From: Gonapodya sp. JEL0774
Taxonomy: Eukaryota
Direction: 5' to 3'
Length of the DNA stretch: 64,000 bases
Assembly: GCA_027604505.1 (NCBI GenBank)
Contig: JADIIX010000063.1
Coordinates: 62,001 to 126,000 of the forward strand
The notes under the pieces are model-generated. The model searched no databases. It was given only the letters and a program-made list of their open reading frames with translations, and had not been told where the DNA came from. The translations under genes and the position numbers were made by a program. Below, one piece after another: positions 12,024-25,069 of the stretch; within the stretch, counting starts at the first letter, position 1, and each line of letters opens with the position of its first letter.

Positions 12024-12232
12024 GCTCTGTCTCAGTTACAATATACATAGATTATTGTTCTTGAATTCTTAAACCGAATTTATTGTGGATGGGACATTTG
12101 TGCATGCAGTTCGCCGTTGCCCACTTTCTACTAGCAACCCCACATCATCCCTTCGATAAGCGTTTTCGGTATTTGCACCAAATCTGCTAGAGCGGTTATG
12201 TGGAATCTGTCAGCATTCATGCACATCAAACG

Positions 12233-15200
12233 ATGAAACGACTACTTGCGGTATTCACGCCCACAACGCCGAAGGCACCGGATCTCCCCATTCCTCATCT
12301 GTTTGGAACGCCACTCGCAGCGTTGGCAAAATTGAACGAAGATGAGAGATTAAGGATTGCAAATGGTGGTTCTGGTGGCAAAGGAAATCCAGGGAATGCA
12401 GAATCGGATGCAGCGGACCCCGATACGGATGTGCCATTTGAGATCCAGCAGTTTGTCACGTGGCTCGGAAGGGAGCAAGGTTCGAGTCTTTCAATCGTTT
12501 GTTGGTACTCTAGAATGGAAACACGTCCCATCGTGACAGCCTGCACTGTGGAGGGCATCTTCCGTATCCCTGGAGAGGGGAAACGTGTAAAGGAACTAAG
12601 GGACCACTTGGACAGATGTAAGCCACCACGTGTCATGCTGCGTGCGACTAGAACTCTATTTGTTGCCTCTTTTCACTTAGTGGGACCCATTGATTTCACT
12701 GTCTGCGACGATGCAGATGTGCCTGCAGTAGCCGCGCTTTTCAAGCAACTGCTCCGGGACATGCCAGACGGAGTAATCCCTGAGATCTCGTTTTCGGATT
12801 TTGCTGAGGCAGCAGGCGCGTATTGCTGGTTATTTGTGGAATGTTTGTGCTCTGTGCCCGTTGTTGGTGATTGGAGGAGCAACGCCAGGCGCTGCCCTAT
12901 GCTCCCCTATGCGGGCGAAATGCGGGGAATAAAATAGAATGTTTGAGCCAGGAAGTGGTACACATTCATGAACAAGCGCCAACACTTTCGCCCGTTTTCT
13001 CTCAGACGACCACTCCCTCTTCCCCCTTGCGCTTTCGCAACTTCCATCAGTCAACTTCAGCACTCTTCGCTACATTCTCCGATTTCTTGTACTTGTGCAT
13101 CGACAACGGCGGTTAAATTTGATGGGTTCTGCGAATCTTGCCATGGTGTTCGCTCCAAATATCTTCCGGTTTCCAAGCGCACGACCAAGTGAGGGAACCT
13201 CTGGAGCACCAACCAAAACTGGAGGTGATGCTACAGTGGTCACTGAACATCGACGGGGTCACTCGCGGTCAAACTCGGTTTTTAGTGGGTGGCATCGACC
13301 ACGCAGAGAATCAGGACCTCCGGCGCCGTTATCGGCGGTCGAGATGACCGGCAGTGGTGATCTGTTGGATCCTACATCCCATGCAGCCTTGCAAATGAGA
13401 GAAACAGACTTGGCAACACGAGCGCTGACCGCTATGATTGACAAGTTCGATGACCTCTTCCCTGGTGCCAGACCGGTGGGACAAGAGTACACTCCGGCCT
13501 TGCCGCCCAGCGCTACACTCCAAATTTCCAAAAAATTATCTGCGAGCTCGGTCTCTCCGTCCACAACACCCTCTCAGTCCCCTTCTCATTCCGGGTCAAC
13601 ATCGAGATCTTCGTCGAGCTATCCGAGCCCACATTCCACACGGCGAGTCACTGCACCATCAACAGCGGAGCTACCTTTACTGAAACCACCACCAGAGTTG
13701 TCCCATCATCGGACTTCTTCTTCTTCTTCAGCGGCATCCTCGGTTTCCGCATCTCGATCTGAAGAAGTGTCAAGTGTGATGGACCCCGGATCACTTGAGG
13801 ATGCCACTAATGGGTCCAGTGAAGAAACCGACAAAGCGGAAGACAGTGACACAGACGAGCGAAATGACACCCGTGCAGGCAATCGTCCAAAAGCTATCAC
13901 GACTGCTTCGGCCCCACCTCATCCCCCTCACTCAACGAAGAGTACAAGTCCAAGCGAAGTTGACCGCGACCTCGTCTCACTCCAGCCCTCACGCACACGA
14001 GCATCTCATAATTCCACAGTTGTGTCTCCTGTTTCGCTCCAGCACCATCCCTCACCGGCGCAAAATGAGCTTAACCATCTGAAAAGGGGGACGACTGCCT
14101 TGCGTGATACAGATACGGATACGGATCCGAAAACGTTGGTGAGTACATCGGTGACAGTGACTACGTGAGGGGCCCGAATTAACAATGCAAACAGCCCCCA
14201 TCAACAGACCCTTTGAGCCCTAACTCGCCATCCTCCGCACAGACGATCGTAGCGTCATCACCGACACGTGGGACGGTACCCAATATCCTCCGTCCATCGT
14301 TACGCGTGTCCGCGACGAGTGCCCCTACCACTCCGCAACCTCAAAGCGGGGCGAAAAAGGTTCAATTTGACAAGCCCCAAATCTTTGAGTTCAGTGAGAT
14401 GAGTGAAGCATCCAGCGTGGAAACACAACATGGTCTGGGGGTGGAGCTCCCACATCCTGACACAACAACAGAGAACGCGAAACAACCAGTAACGCCAACA
14501 ACGACGAGAACCGACCCCAATCTCCCGCAGATTCATTCGGAAACCATGCAAGCGAACGAATCGCCCTCTTCGAATAATGCAAATGACGGTTCCTCACAGA
14601 CACGAAGCAGACGCAAAGACTTGCCTATTCCCCCACGCTTGACCATCCCTGTACCAGCAGCCACAGACACTTCTCGTAAATTATTCTCGGCACCGGTGCC
14701 ATCGCAGGCGATGGCTCCCAGTCCCAACACCACTTTCAGCAATACCGTAAAAAAGCCACCCACGAGGCCGCCACCGCCACCTCCAGTGAAGAAGCAACAC
14801 GGATTGTCATCGCCCGTCCGTCCAATGTTCGCGCCAATGCAATCCCGCCCAGCAAGTGGAATCACCCTACAGAAGCTCTCTGATCCCTCACCGATCACCA
14901 CGAGCACCACAAGCCGACCCGCCACTCCATACGTTTCCCCCGGCGCGACTGTTGTCCGAGCTGCCGATACAGCCATCGAGGACGATACGGAAACCACACA
15001 AGGTACTACAACAGGTACCAGCACTACTGATTCCTCGTACGCATACTCGGACAGTGATGGGGAGGGAGAGGAGTTGATGGAGAGTCGAAATGGAGGATTT
15101 GGAGGGAGTATTGGAAATCTATCGAAGTTAATGAGCAAACCAGTGGAGAATGGAAGAACGAAATCACTTCGAGTTCCGGTTCAGGCAGAGGAGAAACTTC

Positions 15201-16102
15201 CTCGTCTGCAATCCCCCATCTCTTGTGTGCCTCCATCCGCTACGAACATCGGTCCTAACTCCTCCGTTACTGCTAGGTTGGTGGAGTCACTTTGATTGAT
15301 GATGTCTTTAAGTTTTGAGGGCGTCTGAGTGTGTTTTTGTTCTGTAAGGCCCCAGACGACCGCCACCAACATTTTGCCTCTACGTCCTCCGACTCCAACG
15401 TGGGATCCCACCATCCCATGCTCTCAGCTTTCGCGAAACGACGCTCATAGGTTGCTTAAGCAATTAAAACAGCTTCAAGAGCACATCAAATCCGTACGAA
15501 CAATGTATGGTGGCGCTTCATACGAGGAGGATCTGGCCTATTGTATCCAGGTGTTTAAGCGCTTAAAGTCTTACCTGAAAAGTGAGTGAGATGAATTTTG
15601 TCACCAGGCTTGCTGCATCCTTCCAATGTAATCCTTATTTTCGTTGGATAATCTAGGCCGGAAGTCATCACAACCAACTAGCCCCTGTCGGAAAGCGTTT
15701 CAGCGTCTCGAAAGGTCACGAGACTTGGCTGGCCGCCCCCCTGATCTGGAAAGGATGACCTCCATTCAACTCACCGATGAAGCCACCGCTCTCAAAGAGG
15801 AGCTGCAAATGGTGAAGATGTGGATCAAGTCCTCGCGGGAGCAGGGGATGAAGGTGACGGCTGAGGACCTTGGCGGGATTCGAACGCTTCTAGATCGGTT
15901 TGCGCTTGTCCAGGAGCGGTTGAGAGAGAATCGAGGTCAAATCCCCCCTGCCGTAGTGGACGTGACGGTGGAGGAGTGCAGGGCAGAGAAGAAAAGGTTG
16001 AAGTTGAAGATTTTGTCGGTAAAGGCTCAAGGCGGTGTGCCCAATATTGAGGATTTGCGCCGATACCACCACTTGCGCGCTCAGCTTAAAGCTGCGAACT
16101 GA
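12233..16102 (+). CDS. RhoGAP-domain protein with C-terminal coiled coils (FAM13-like)
   Basis: Motifs LFGTPL, VEGIFRIPG (arginine finger), VAALFKQLLRDMPDGVIP and NLMGSANLAMVFAPNIF are followed by a long Ser/Thr/Pro linker and a helical C-terminus (EKKRLKLKI...RYHHLR). Confidence 0.85.
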
Positions 16103-16789
16103 AAAATCAGTGGGCTGTTGTCCCACTCATACTTCAATTGATTTTTATTCATTTCTTGTTTTGAAGTATGGATTTTGAGTAGTTGCATTCACTTGTGAAG
16201 GAATGTCGGTTGTACATATGTAACAAATATAGCTGAGCTCGTCAGTTGGCGCACAACTGTGTAATCCATGGGGCCAACGATCTGTGCTCCAGGTTCCGCA
16301 ATGAGCAATTGCCAGCACTCGGAAAGTGACAATATCAGACGCTTGAAAATCAGCCACAATGGGAACCATTCTCTTAAAACGAGCAAGAATGAGTAACGCA
16401 CTGTGTCCAATAATAAAGTGCCCATTTGATTAGGGGTGCCGCTTCGCCCAGGGAGGTGTTCACCTCTCAGCGGGGGGCTTGAAGATTGAATCGGGATTCG
16501 CTTGTCCTCATTGCGGGCAACCAAATTTCATTAATTTACGATACGAGACGCCATCGAGTAATTTCTGGAGTGAAGCTGGTGGCTGGATACATTCGAAATT
16601 GACGAACTTGGAAACTACAGTGATTCGTGAGTCAGGTTTGAATCGACCGCCACCACAGAAAATAGCTCAACCGCTACCGCTATGATCCTTCTACAATCGA
16701 ATGGGCTGTAATTCTTGCATCGTTTTGTCTTCTTGCTTGGTGGATTGATCGAACATTCCTGATGGTGCTGTCTTCGACACGACACAAGT

Positions 16790-18400
16790 ATGGACGACGT
16801 ACTAAACTTCCTGGACCGGCACGTTTGCAACTCCATATACACATCGTATCCTTTCACTATCCCCGCCCTCTCTCAAGTTTTCTCCGATCCTGGAAATCTT
16901 GTGCGACAATCAACGACACTCTTCGTGTTCGTTTACATTGGAGCATGGGCACTCTATCTCGTCTGTGGCAGCCTGAGTTACTACTTTTTGTTCGATCATA
17001 ATCTGAAGAATCATCCCAAATATCTGAAGAACCAGGCAAGTAACGAGCGGGTTTATAGGATTGTCATTGTCCCTCTCAGTTCGGTTCTGCGTTTGCGGAA
17101 TCGGAGAGAAATGCCGCCAAAAATTGGCGAAGCAAGATTTTGGAGTGATGTTAGCGCTGTGACTTAGCGCGAAACCCGTCCGGATATGATTGGAAGTGGT
17201 GGCGTTGGGCAGTGACTGTCCTCATCACACAACGGAATCCGTCCAATTACGGGCACTGCGTCCGAATTTTAACCTGTCTTGTGCGTCTACCAGGTTTCAC
17301 TGGAAATTTATACTTCGTTCCTCAACTTCCATTACCTTATACTCTACACCCTCCCCTGGTTCATTGGCGAAGTTCGCGGCTACTCCAAACTTTACGAGCA
17401 GATAGAGGACCACCCATGGGGCTGGTGGTACATTCCAATATCGGTGGTGCTCTTCCTTGTCTTTACCGACTGTCTCATATACTGGGCGCACCGGTTCTTG
17501 CATCACCCACTCATTTACACGAGAGTACACAAGGTCCACCACATGTGGAAGGTCCCCACGCCATTTGCGAGTCACGCTTTCAATGCGTTGGTGAGCATGC
17601 GAGCCAGTGTATGAGGGAGGAGGCTATTGTTCAACGTATCCATTTGAAATCTCCCCACCTAACGCCGTCTTGGCCCCGCGCCCCCCCCCCCCCCCCCCCC
17701 CGACCGAAAAAAAGACAAACATAGAAGAGGAAGAACCCCCCACCCGGCAGAAGAAAGAGAAAAAAAAAACGAGCAGTATTTTGGTGANNNNNNNNNNCCC
17801 CCTGCTTTCGATAAATTGACAATCATTTACGCATCTTCTCCCACCACTCAGGATGGATACATTCAATCTCTCCCGTATCATATTTTCGCCTTCGTTTTCC
17901 CACTCCAAAAGTATCTGTACCTGATTCTGTTTGTGGCAGTCAACATTTGGACTATTAGCATTCACGATCAGTAAGTCATAGGTGTCTCTTGTCTTGTTCA
18001 TCGTATGGTGTACCCTTCGCTGTGCTGAAAATCCCCATTCATTCCCTTCATCACTTCGTCTCTCAGGTTATTCATTAGCAGGAACCACATCATTAATTCC
18101 ACAGCTCACCACACCATACACCACCGCGACTTTAACTACAAGTGAGTCAAATACGTCTAGTCACCATCACGTGTCCTGACCTCTTCTCCTCACCATGCCG
18201 GAATAACAACCCGCAGCTACGGACAATACTTCACCTTCTGGGACTGGCTGTCCGGCACGTACCGGGATCCCGTTGACGAACTCAAATTCGCTGACCTCGC
18301 ACACGAGACGGGCAAATACCGGTGGACAAAGGCCCGTTTGCCCCGAGAGGTAATTGACAGGGGTGAGGGAACGAAGGAAGAGGAGGATAAGGAAGCATAA
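16790..18400 (+). CDS. ERG3: sterol C-5 desaturase
   Basis: [13 protein letters not shown], His boxes [13 protein letters not shown] and AHHTIHH, plus TPFASHAF and [11 protein letters not shown]. Confidence 0.93.
17680..17800. other. assembly gap (10 N) with flanking homopolymer/low-quality sequence in an ERG3 intron
   Basis: A poly-C run of about 22 nt at 17680-17701, A-rich sequence, and Ns at 17788-17797. Confidence 0.9.
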
Positions 18401-18722
18401 GACATAATTATTATGGAATCGGGGTGCGATTTGACACCATCTGAGTCGCGTTTGATTGTTTTGTGAATACAGTCTCCGTACATCTGACACATCGGCAATG
18501 TCCACTTCAACCAAACCAATTTTGATTCTACGTGCCTCCTTAAGTCCACAGTCTGAAAAATCGGGACTCCATTCACTCCCGCCAATTACCGCCAATCAAG
18601 CTATTTGGTTATGGATCTTGGAGCCACAACCCAACGAGCGAGTATGCCAAATGAATGGCGAGCGTTCTCGAAAGTAACACTTGCAGGACCGAAAACCCTG
18701 GAGGAGAACTTTGGACATTGTT

Positions 18723-21700
18723 TCATTTAACGTTACCATTAGAAATGCCACGGCCCCTTCCAGCCGAGCTTGAAGTCCCTGCTAAGCCAGGAGCCGACGG
18801 CTGACTGGCGGAGTCTCTCCGTGCTCCTCCACCACGACCACCACTTTCACCTGCGCCAGATCCTCCTCCACCTCCACCTCCAGTGCGGCGGCTATTTGAG
18901 CTCACAATCCGGACGACAGTTGTGCCACCGCGTTTGCTTTTCCCGCCTCGTGAGCCGCCACCCTCCGAACCTATCTGATTTGACATCTGACTGGCGAGTT
19001 TCTGGATGCGCTGCGACCATCCAGTCTGTAGACCCAAGGCGAGAGCCTCGGCCTCCTGCTCACGTTTCTCATAGCCCAATACAAGTTCCTTCATCCTTGC
19101 CTGCTCCTCCCGCTCCTGCTCCCGCTTAGCTGCGGCAGCTTGAACGAAAGACGAGTCTACAGGTACGGAAATTGCGCGTGGTGCCGGGCGTCCCTTTGCC
19201 GTGGTTTTAGTGAGGAAAGTGAACTGCACTTCGCTCGGATCATCAGGAGGTCTTTCTCCCTCGCTTTCACTGCTGGTCCCTGCTTGTCGCTTCCCCTTGC
19301 GGATGGGCAAAGAGGCGTCAAACTGGGCTGGCCTGCGCTCACCTCGGCGCTCCTCGATACCTAGTGTCATCATCTCTCGTATTGTCCGGTCGAACTCCTC
19401 TTCCTCTTCCTTCGTGGGCTCGGCGTCCGCTGGTTCCTCAATATACACCACCAAATCAGGTTCTGCGTCTGGATCCCCTATTTGAGACGATTGGTCCATG
19501 TCTGACTCTCCCCCTCCATCGCCGTGGCTCCCTCTTTCCGAACCGGCACCGTAACCGTCTCCACCAGCATCATCACCTCCATCTCCCTCTGCTGGACGTG
19601 CAACTACCTTGGAGTCGCCAACTTCTGACTCGCTGTCCTCAGCGTCATTTTGCGCGTCCCCTTCTCCCTGTTTACGGAGCTCTTCTGCAAGATCAGCCTC
19701 AAAAACCTCCGAGGCTTCTTCATAAGAATCAAACCGGCGAGCTTGCGGTCTCAGTTCCTGTCAAACGGGCAGCTCATCCGTCGAGCACATCGTGCGAAGC
19801 AATGATTTTAGCTGCTCACCTCAAACAGCTCATCAACCGTGAACTCCACATCTCGCGGAACGGGCTGCTGCTTGCTGAGTAAATAGACCTGGAAAAAGGT
19901 CAAAAAAGCGCCGAGCTTTTTCGCCTGCAACCCGCTGTCGAAAGTCCGACCGCAGGTGTCAAGAAGGGTTGCAACCAGTCGAACGCGAAAGAAATCGGTT
20001 GGAGGGTCCAAAGGCACGAAAACATCAGGGCGCGGCCGGCCTTGGAAAATAATTTCACCTTTAGCCGGTAAAAGTATTGCCGTTAAGATTGAAGACCCAC
20101 CATGGCCGAACGTGAGGACAGTGTAAAGTGTATCAAAGATGACCGAAGACTCCACCATCCGGTAATTATAAAGCTCGCCGAGGTACTTAGCAGTGGCTAT
20201 CCGCTGCTGGTTGTGTTTGAAAATGTTTCGCTGGCAAACGGGTTGGAAGCAACATCGGCACTTGCACGATGACCCAGAGTCCGAGAGCAGAAAACCCACC
20301 TCCAACCCGACACGAATCTCCTCCAACACCCCGTCCACCACGCACACACCAAAATCCGGATGCCACCTTGCGAGTTCCGAGGCAAGAAATGCTACAAGGT
20401 GAACGTTTCCGTATCGAACCTTCCATACCTTGCGGAAGTGGGTATTCTCCAGAAGTCTAACCACTTGTGGATCATCCCAGTCCAATTTCCGAAGAATTTT
20501 CAACACGCGCTCAACTGTTGTTTTGGAAAGTACGGCGTAAAATACATGGCGGAGAAACAACTGGAGAGGGGTGCGAGGCTTCGCCGAGATCGCAGGCCGC
20601 TCAGGAGGGACCGCCTGTTAGATTGAAATTAGTCGCAGAAGAAAAAGGCGCCAAGTCGACGAAAAAAACGGATTAGTTCGAAGGAAACCGACCTGGTAAT
20701 ACGCGTTTTCAATCATCATGACTTGACGGTTGTCCATGTGCTGTGCATTCTTCTTTCGCAACATTACATCCAGCTAGTCGCAATAATGATGTGAGTGGTT
20801 GGAGCGGCGACTGATCTATCAACAACAAGCCTATCGTTCTCACCATCGATTTCATTCTTTGCGTACCATCGTCTCCCGCGCCCCCGCCTAACAGCCATCT
20901 CCCAATACCTTCGACAAGAGCGCAGAGCACATCGACATTATTACCAGTGAACGTATCGAGAAGTACTTTGAGGCAATGGAAAGCGAGGTGTGGTGGCGCG
21001 ACTCGGAACTTCGTGAGCTCGCAGATGAGCCTGACGGTCTTGTAAGAAAGATTCAAATAACAGTTATTTGGTTGGATGAGAAACACAATAAAACAAGTGG
21101 ATCTCTGCTAATGCTCACTCTTACACGCTCTTCAACAAAACCTCTCTTCTTTAATTGTCGGTGGAACTCTTTTTCCACTCCTTCTACCACCTTGGATTTC
21201 ACATCGACGACGTATTTCCCGACTTCAGCAACCACCCTCGCGACATATGGTACAGCGGCAGTCTTTTCCCATGGCAACTCCACCACTTCCTTGACGAGTC
21301 GTTTCCGCGCGTTCTTCGTGCCCAAGTAGCAGAAGTCTACAGCAAACTGGTCCGCTTGGGATCGCGAACCGAGATCGGGAAGACGAGCCATGAGCGTAGG
21401 TAGTGTGAGAGTAGTAGGGTCGCTCAAAGGAGGGGAAGAATCCTCCCCACTTTCTGCCGAGGAGAGGGATGCGTCGTCAGGTATATCGGGTATCGGCTCT
21501 GGAGTGTCGAAATCGTCCACTTTTGTAGAGGACCTCTCTGCATTCGAAGGCTGTCTGTTGTCATCGACAGAATCATTGTTCCTCCCGCTTGCCCCGTTGA
21601 CGTCGGTTTCATTGTCACTCCTTCGAGGCTCTGCAGAGGCAGATCCACTGTCTCCATTTCCACCTCTCATCGGCAACGGACCATCTTTTTGCTTCTGACC

Positions 21701-23163
21701 AATACCCAGCAACACTTGTGGAACCCTATCAGCTAGGTCCACCACATCCTCATAAAACCTTCTGGTCTCATCATCCTCCCACATCCCGCTCACTTGACCG
21801 CTATCTCCATCCTCTCCCCTGCCAGTCGCGCCAAACTTAATCTCTCCCGAACCTCCAAGACCACCAGTAACCGCCGCCTCCTCCACCGGAAGTTCCGGCA
21901 TAGGTAAACCAAGCGCCTCGGACAAGGCGCGTACGTTCGCCAAAAGCTTCTCGTGCTTCCGTGTTGTCGTATCGTAGCGCTCCTGCCGCTCTTCATGAAC
22001 ATGCCCGCGAGCAATTGCGTGCTCCTTCAGTCCAGCAGCCATTTCACGTACACGGTGGTAGGAAGCGACAAGGTGCCGGGACATAGAGGTGTGGTATGTC
22101 GTGAGGAGATTGCGGATGGAATTAGAGGCGAATGCTGTGGAGAATATCGGGGTGGGTGAGGTGTTCTCAGGTTGTGAATCAGGGAAGTAGTCGAGATAGA
22201 ACCGAGCGAACGTGGTGAGGAGAGGTGCAACCGCAAAATCCTTGTCTGAGTTGAGCTGAAGAATTGAAGGGGCGAAAATCGTAACGCAGACTTCCAAGAT
22301 AGACTATCGACAGGAACGACACCCTTAAGCTCACCAAAATCTTGAGGGCCCCAACAACTATCGGTTCGCTTCCACTACCACCCTCCAGTGCTTCTTTTGC
22401 AGCTTTCAGCGCTGCAGCTTTAGACAGGGCGCCGTTTGCTGGCTCTGGATCCCGAAGCACGCCCACAAGGGAGAGCTCTACGATAACTCGGAGCAAGCTG
22501 CGAAGCTTGGACAATCTGGCCGCTTCATCCTTCTCTCGCTGTTCTTCGGTCAAGGCTGCGAGGGTCGTAGAATCCGGTGCAGACGTGGCTGTGTCCTTGA
22601 GCGTCTTGAACAGTGCCTCGCCCAGCATACTAGCAAAGTCCGGAAGACGCTGGTGGGCAGCGCTTGCCACCTCAGCCGCCGCCCAGACCTCGGCAGTGTT
22701 CTTGAGAACACGCGTTTCGGCAATGGATTGTGCCATTTCCTCGGCATACTTGTCGAGACGGAGCTGGGATATGTCTTTGAGTAGTGATGGAGCGGACTCT
22801 GCACCCAGAGACGTGCGAAGCTTTTTGGTGAAAGCCGCACACCGCTTGAAAGAAGTATCGAGAGATTTGGATGCAGCATACTCTGTTTTTGGCGAAGAGC
22901 AGAGCGTATGTTGCGGGTTACAAATATCAGAGAGTCACGCTGTTGAATAAAACGTATTGATCCCAAAACCTACCTTCTCTAGATTTCTCCAAAGCACTGG
23001 CATCTACATTCCGTCGACGTAGCTCCACTCTCGCCTCACGCTTGGTATCCTTCTCCTTGGGAAGCACTTCCTTTGGCCCAGTGGGATTGCCTTCGGTCGT
23101 GTTCATAGAGACAGGACGATCACCCACCGGGGGCGACAAAGTTGTGGACGACAACGGATCCAT
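18723..23163 (-). CDS. UPF2: nonsense-mediated decay factor Upf2 (three MIF4G domains)
   Basis: LDTSFKRCAAFTKKL, MWEDDETRRFYEDVVDL, ICELTKFRVAP, ILRKLDWDD, KYLGELYNYRMVES, LDPPTDFFRVRLVATLLDTCG, an acidic region and a C-terminal Upf1-binding region. Confidence 0.95.
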
Positions 23164-23534
23164 TGAGGGGGTCGTAGTCACAACAGTCCATCGACCAAGG
23201 CCCCGGCACCATGAACCTAATTATTTGTGAGAGTGATTCTTGGTCGAGAAGCAAATACACACCTAGAGTTCATAGGAATATGTACATGCGTCAAAAAACT
23301 ATCAAGGACTGTATTGCCCTGTTGGCGAAAGCGTCTGGGAGTGCCCGCAATCAAACAGCCCTGACAGTTCCCCCTTCTTTCTCTATTCTTTGTTTAATCA
23401 GCGTACTCGTCTCAAAGTTGCTCATATTATGTTGCTACAGACACGATATTCTTTTCCTCGTATGCCTGTCTTTAGCAATGAAGCTTTGATTTATTCTGTT
23501 GGAGCAAAAGTTGAAGGCATTACATTGGGTAGGA

Positions 23535-24748
23535 ATGGATTCCCATGAAACCATCTCGATCGCACTGGCGGCCCTGATTCTGTTGCTATTCGTTATCTAT
23601 CATGTTGTGATGTTCTATGTCTCAAGTGTGTCCGCACGCTCGACTGTCTTGGGTGAGTAATACATACTTACGCAGGAATTGCTTATCGATCGCATCAAAG
23701 ATACACTCCGAAGGTACCACAAGAAAGCTCAGAAAGTTATGGATATCAGGAATCATGGCCTCGGGTGAACAAATACTGGCTGTGCAAGAAACACGGAATG
23801 TGAGGTGTATATCCCCAATGCCCCACGACAGCCAGTCAGCGAACCACTTCGAACTTTTCAGTTGGTTATGGCCTCATCCCTTGCAGCAACGGTCTGCGTA
23901 GCAGTGACTTTCGGGTATGTCCACCAGTATTCAGAAGCCGAGCTCCATCTATCTATATGACACTCCAACATATGTTCAGTGTGACCACATTTGTGTCTGG
24001 TCTCTCCAAGCTCAATCAATCGGCTGATGATTACCTTGGACTACCTCAAACTGTCAGGGGTTACAAAGTCATCGCCATTATTGCAATTGAGTCCTTGGCA
24101 TTCTTCTGCTTCGTAGAGTCCATGCGGTGAGAATGGGCCAATCTCAGAGATTGCAGAGCCCTCAATGAATGTTATGTCTACGTTGCAGCTATTCCAACCA
24201 CGTCGTATTTCTGGTGAATGTTCGGTGGGACGACAACATGCTCCAAGAAATGGGCTCACAGGCCGGACACATGATGCGTCGAGTTACTCCCCCATTAGTT
24301 GCCCGTATATTCAACACCTCCAATTTGTTTTTGACGATTGGCACGAGGTAGGTGATTGGCTGGTGACTGTGATTCTTAAGATGTGTGCCCAAAGGCCACC
24401 CTGCACTCTCAGATTGATGTATCTCTCCATTCCTGCTGTTATGTGGCTTTTTGGTCGATGGTAAGTTTTAGAGATGTTTATCGGTAAAGTAGTGGTTCTG
24501 GTGTTGAGCTAAGGCAATGTTATCTTTCAAGGTTCATGTTCGGAACAGGCCTTTTCATGCTGCCTCTCATCGCCTACTTGGACTTTGGCGTCAACATTTC
24601 AATGGCTCGTGCGGCACGCAGGCGGCACATGAAGCTGAAAGCAGACCATGGTGTTGTGAATCGATCTCAAACTCCAATCGAGGGTTCAACATCGCGGATG
24701 GGCGAACATGGAATGCAGCTGAGGGAAAGGAAAAGTCCTGGCAATTGA
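23535..24748 (+). CDS. DUF599-family membrane protein
   Basis: Multi-exon gene with an N-terminal TM helix ending YH...STVLG, then ILAVQETRN, MASSLAAT, FNHVVFLVNV, GTR|LMYLSIPAVMWLFG and LIAYLDF. Confidence 0.75.
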
Positions 24749-25069
24749 AGTGCTTACGTTGCACCCAGCCTAGGAGTGATATGAGTTTGCTCCAAGGAGA
24801 TCACTCAACACTAACGCACGGGACCAGTAAGCCCTAAATTCAAGTCGGGAATGCATTGATACAATTTATATTTATTTACATTTGCTCAAGTGCAATCTTC
24901 CTGCTATTTGTTAGACGCAGCAATCTTTGTCGCGAATGATTCAATGTGTAGCTCTGCAAGTGCATGCATGGTTGCTTCCTCGCACATGTGGTGCTTAGAT
25001 TCCCTCTCCCGTCAAGTATGCCAAAAGAACCATTCATTGTGAGCCCAAGAAGGGGCAGAAATGATGTTC

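Noticed and set aside
17607..17822. Poly-Pro/Lys-rich ORFs near the N gap
   Set aside because: They arise from homopolymer and low-quality sequence inside an ERG3 intron.
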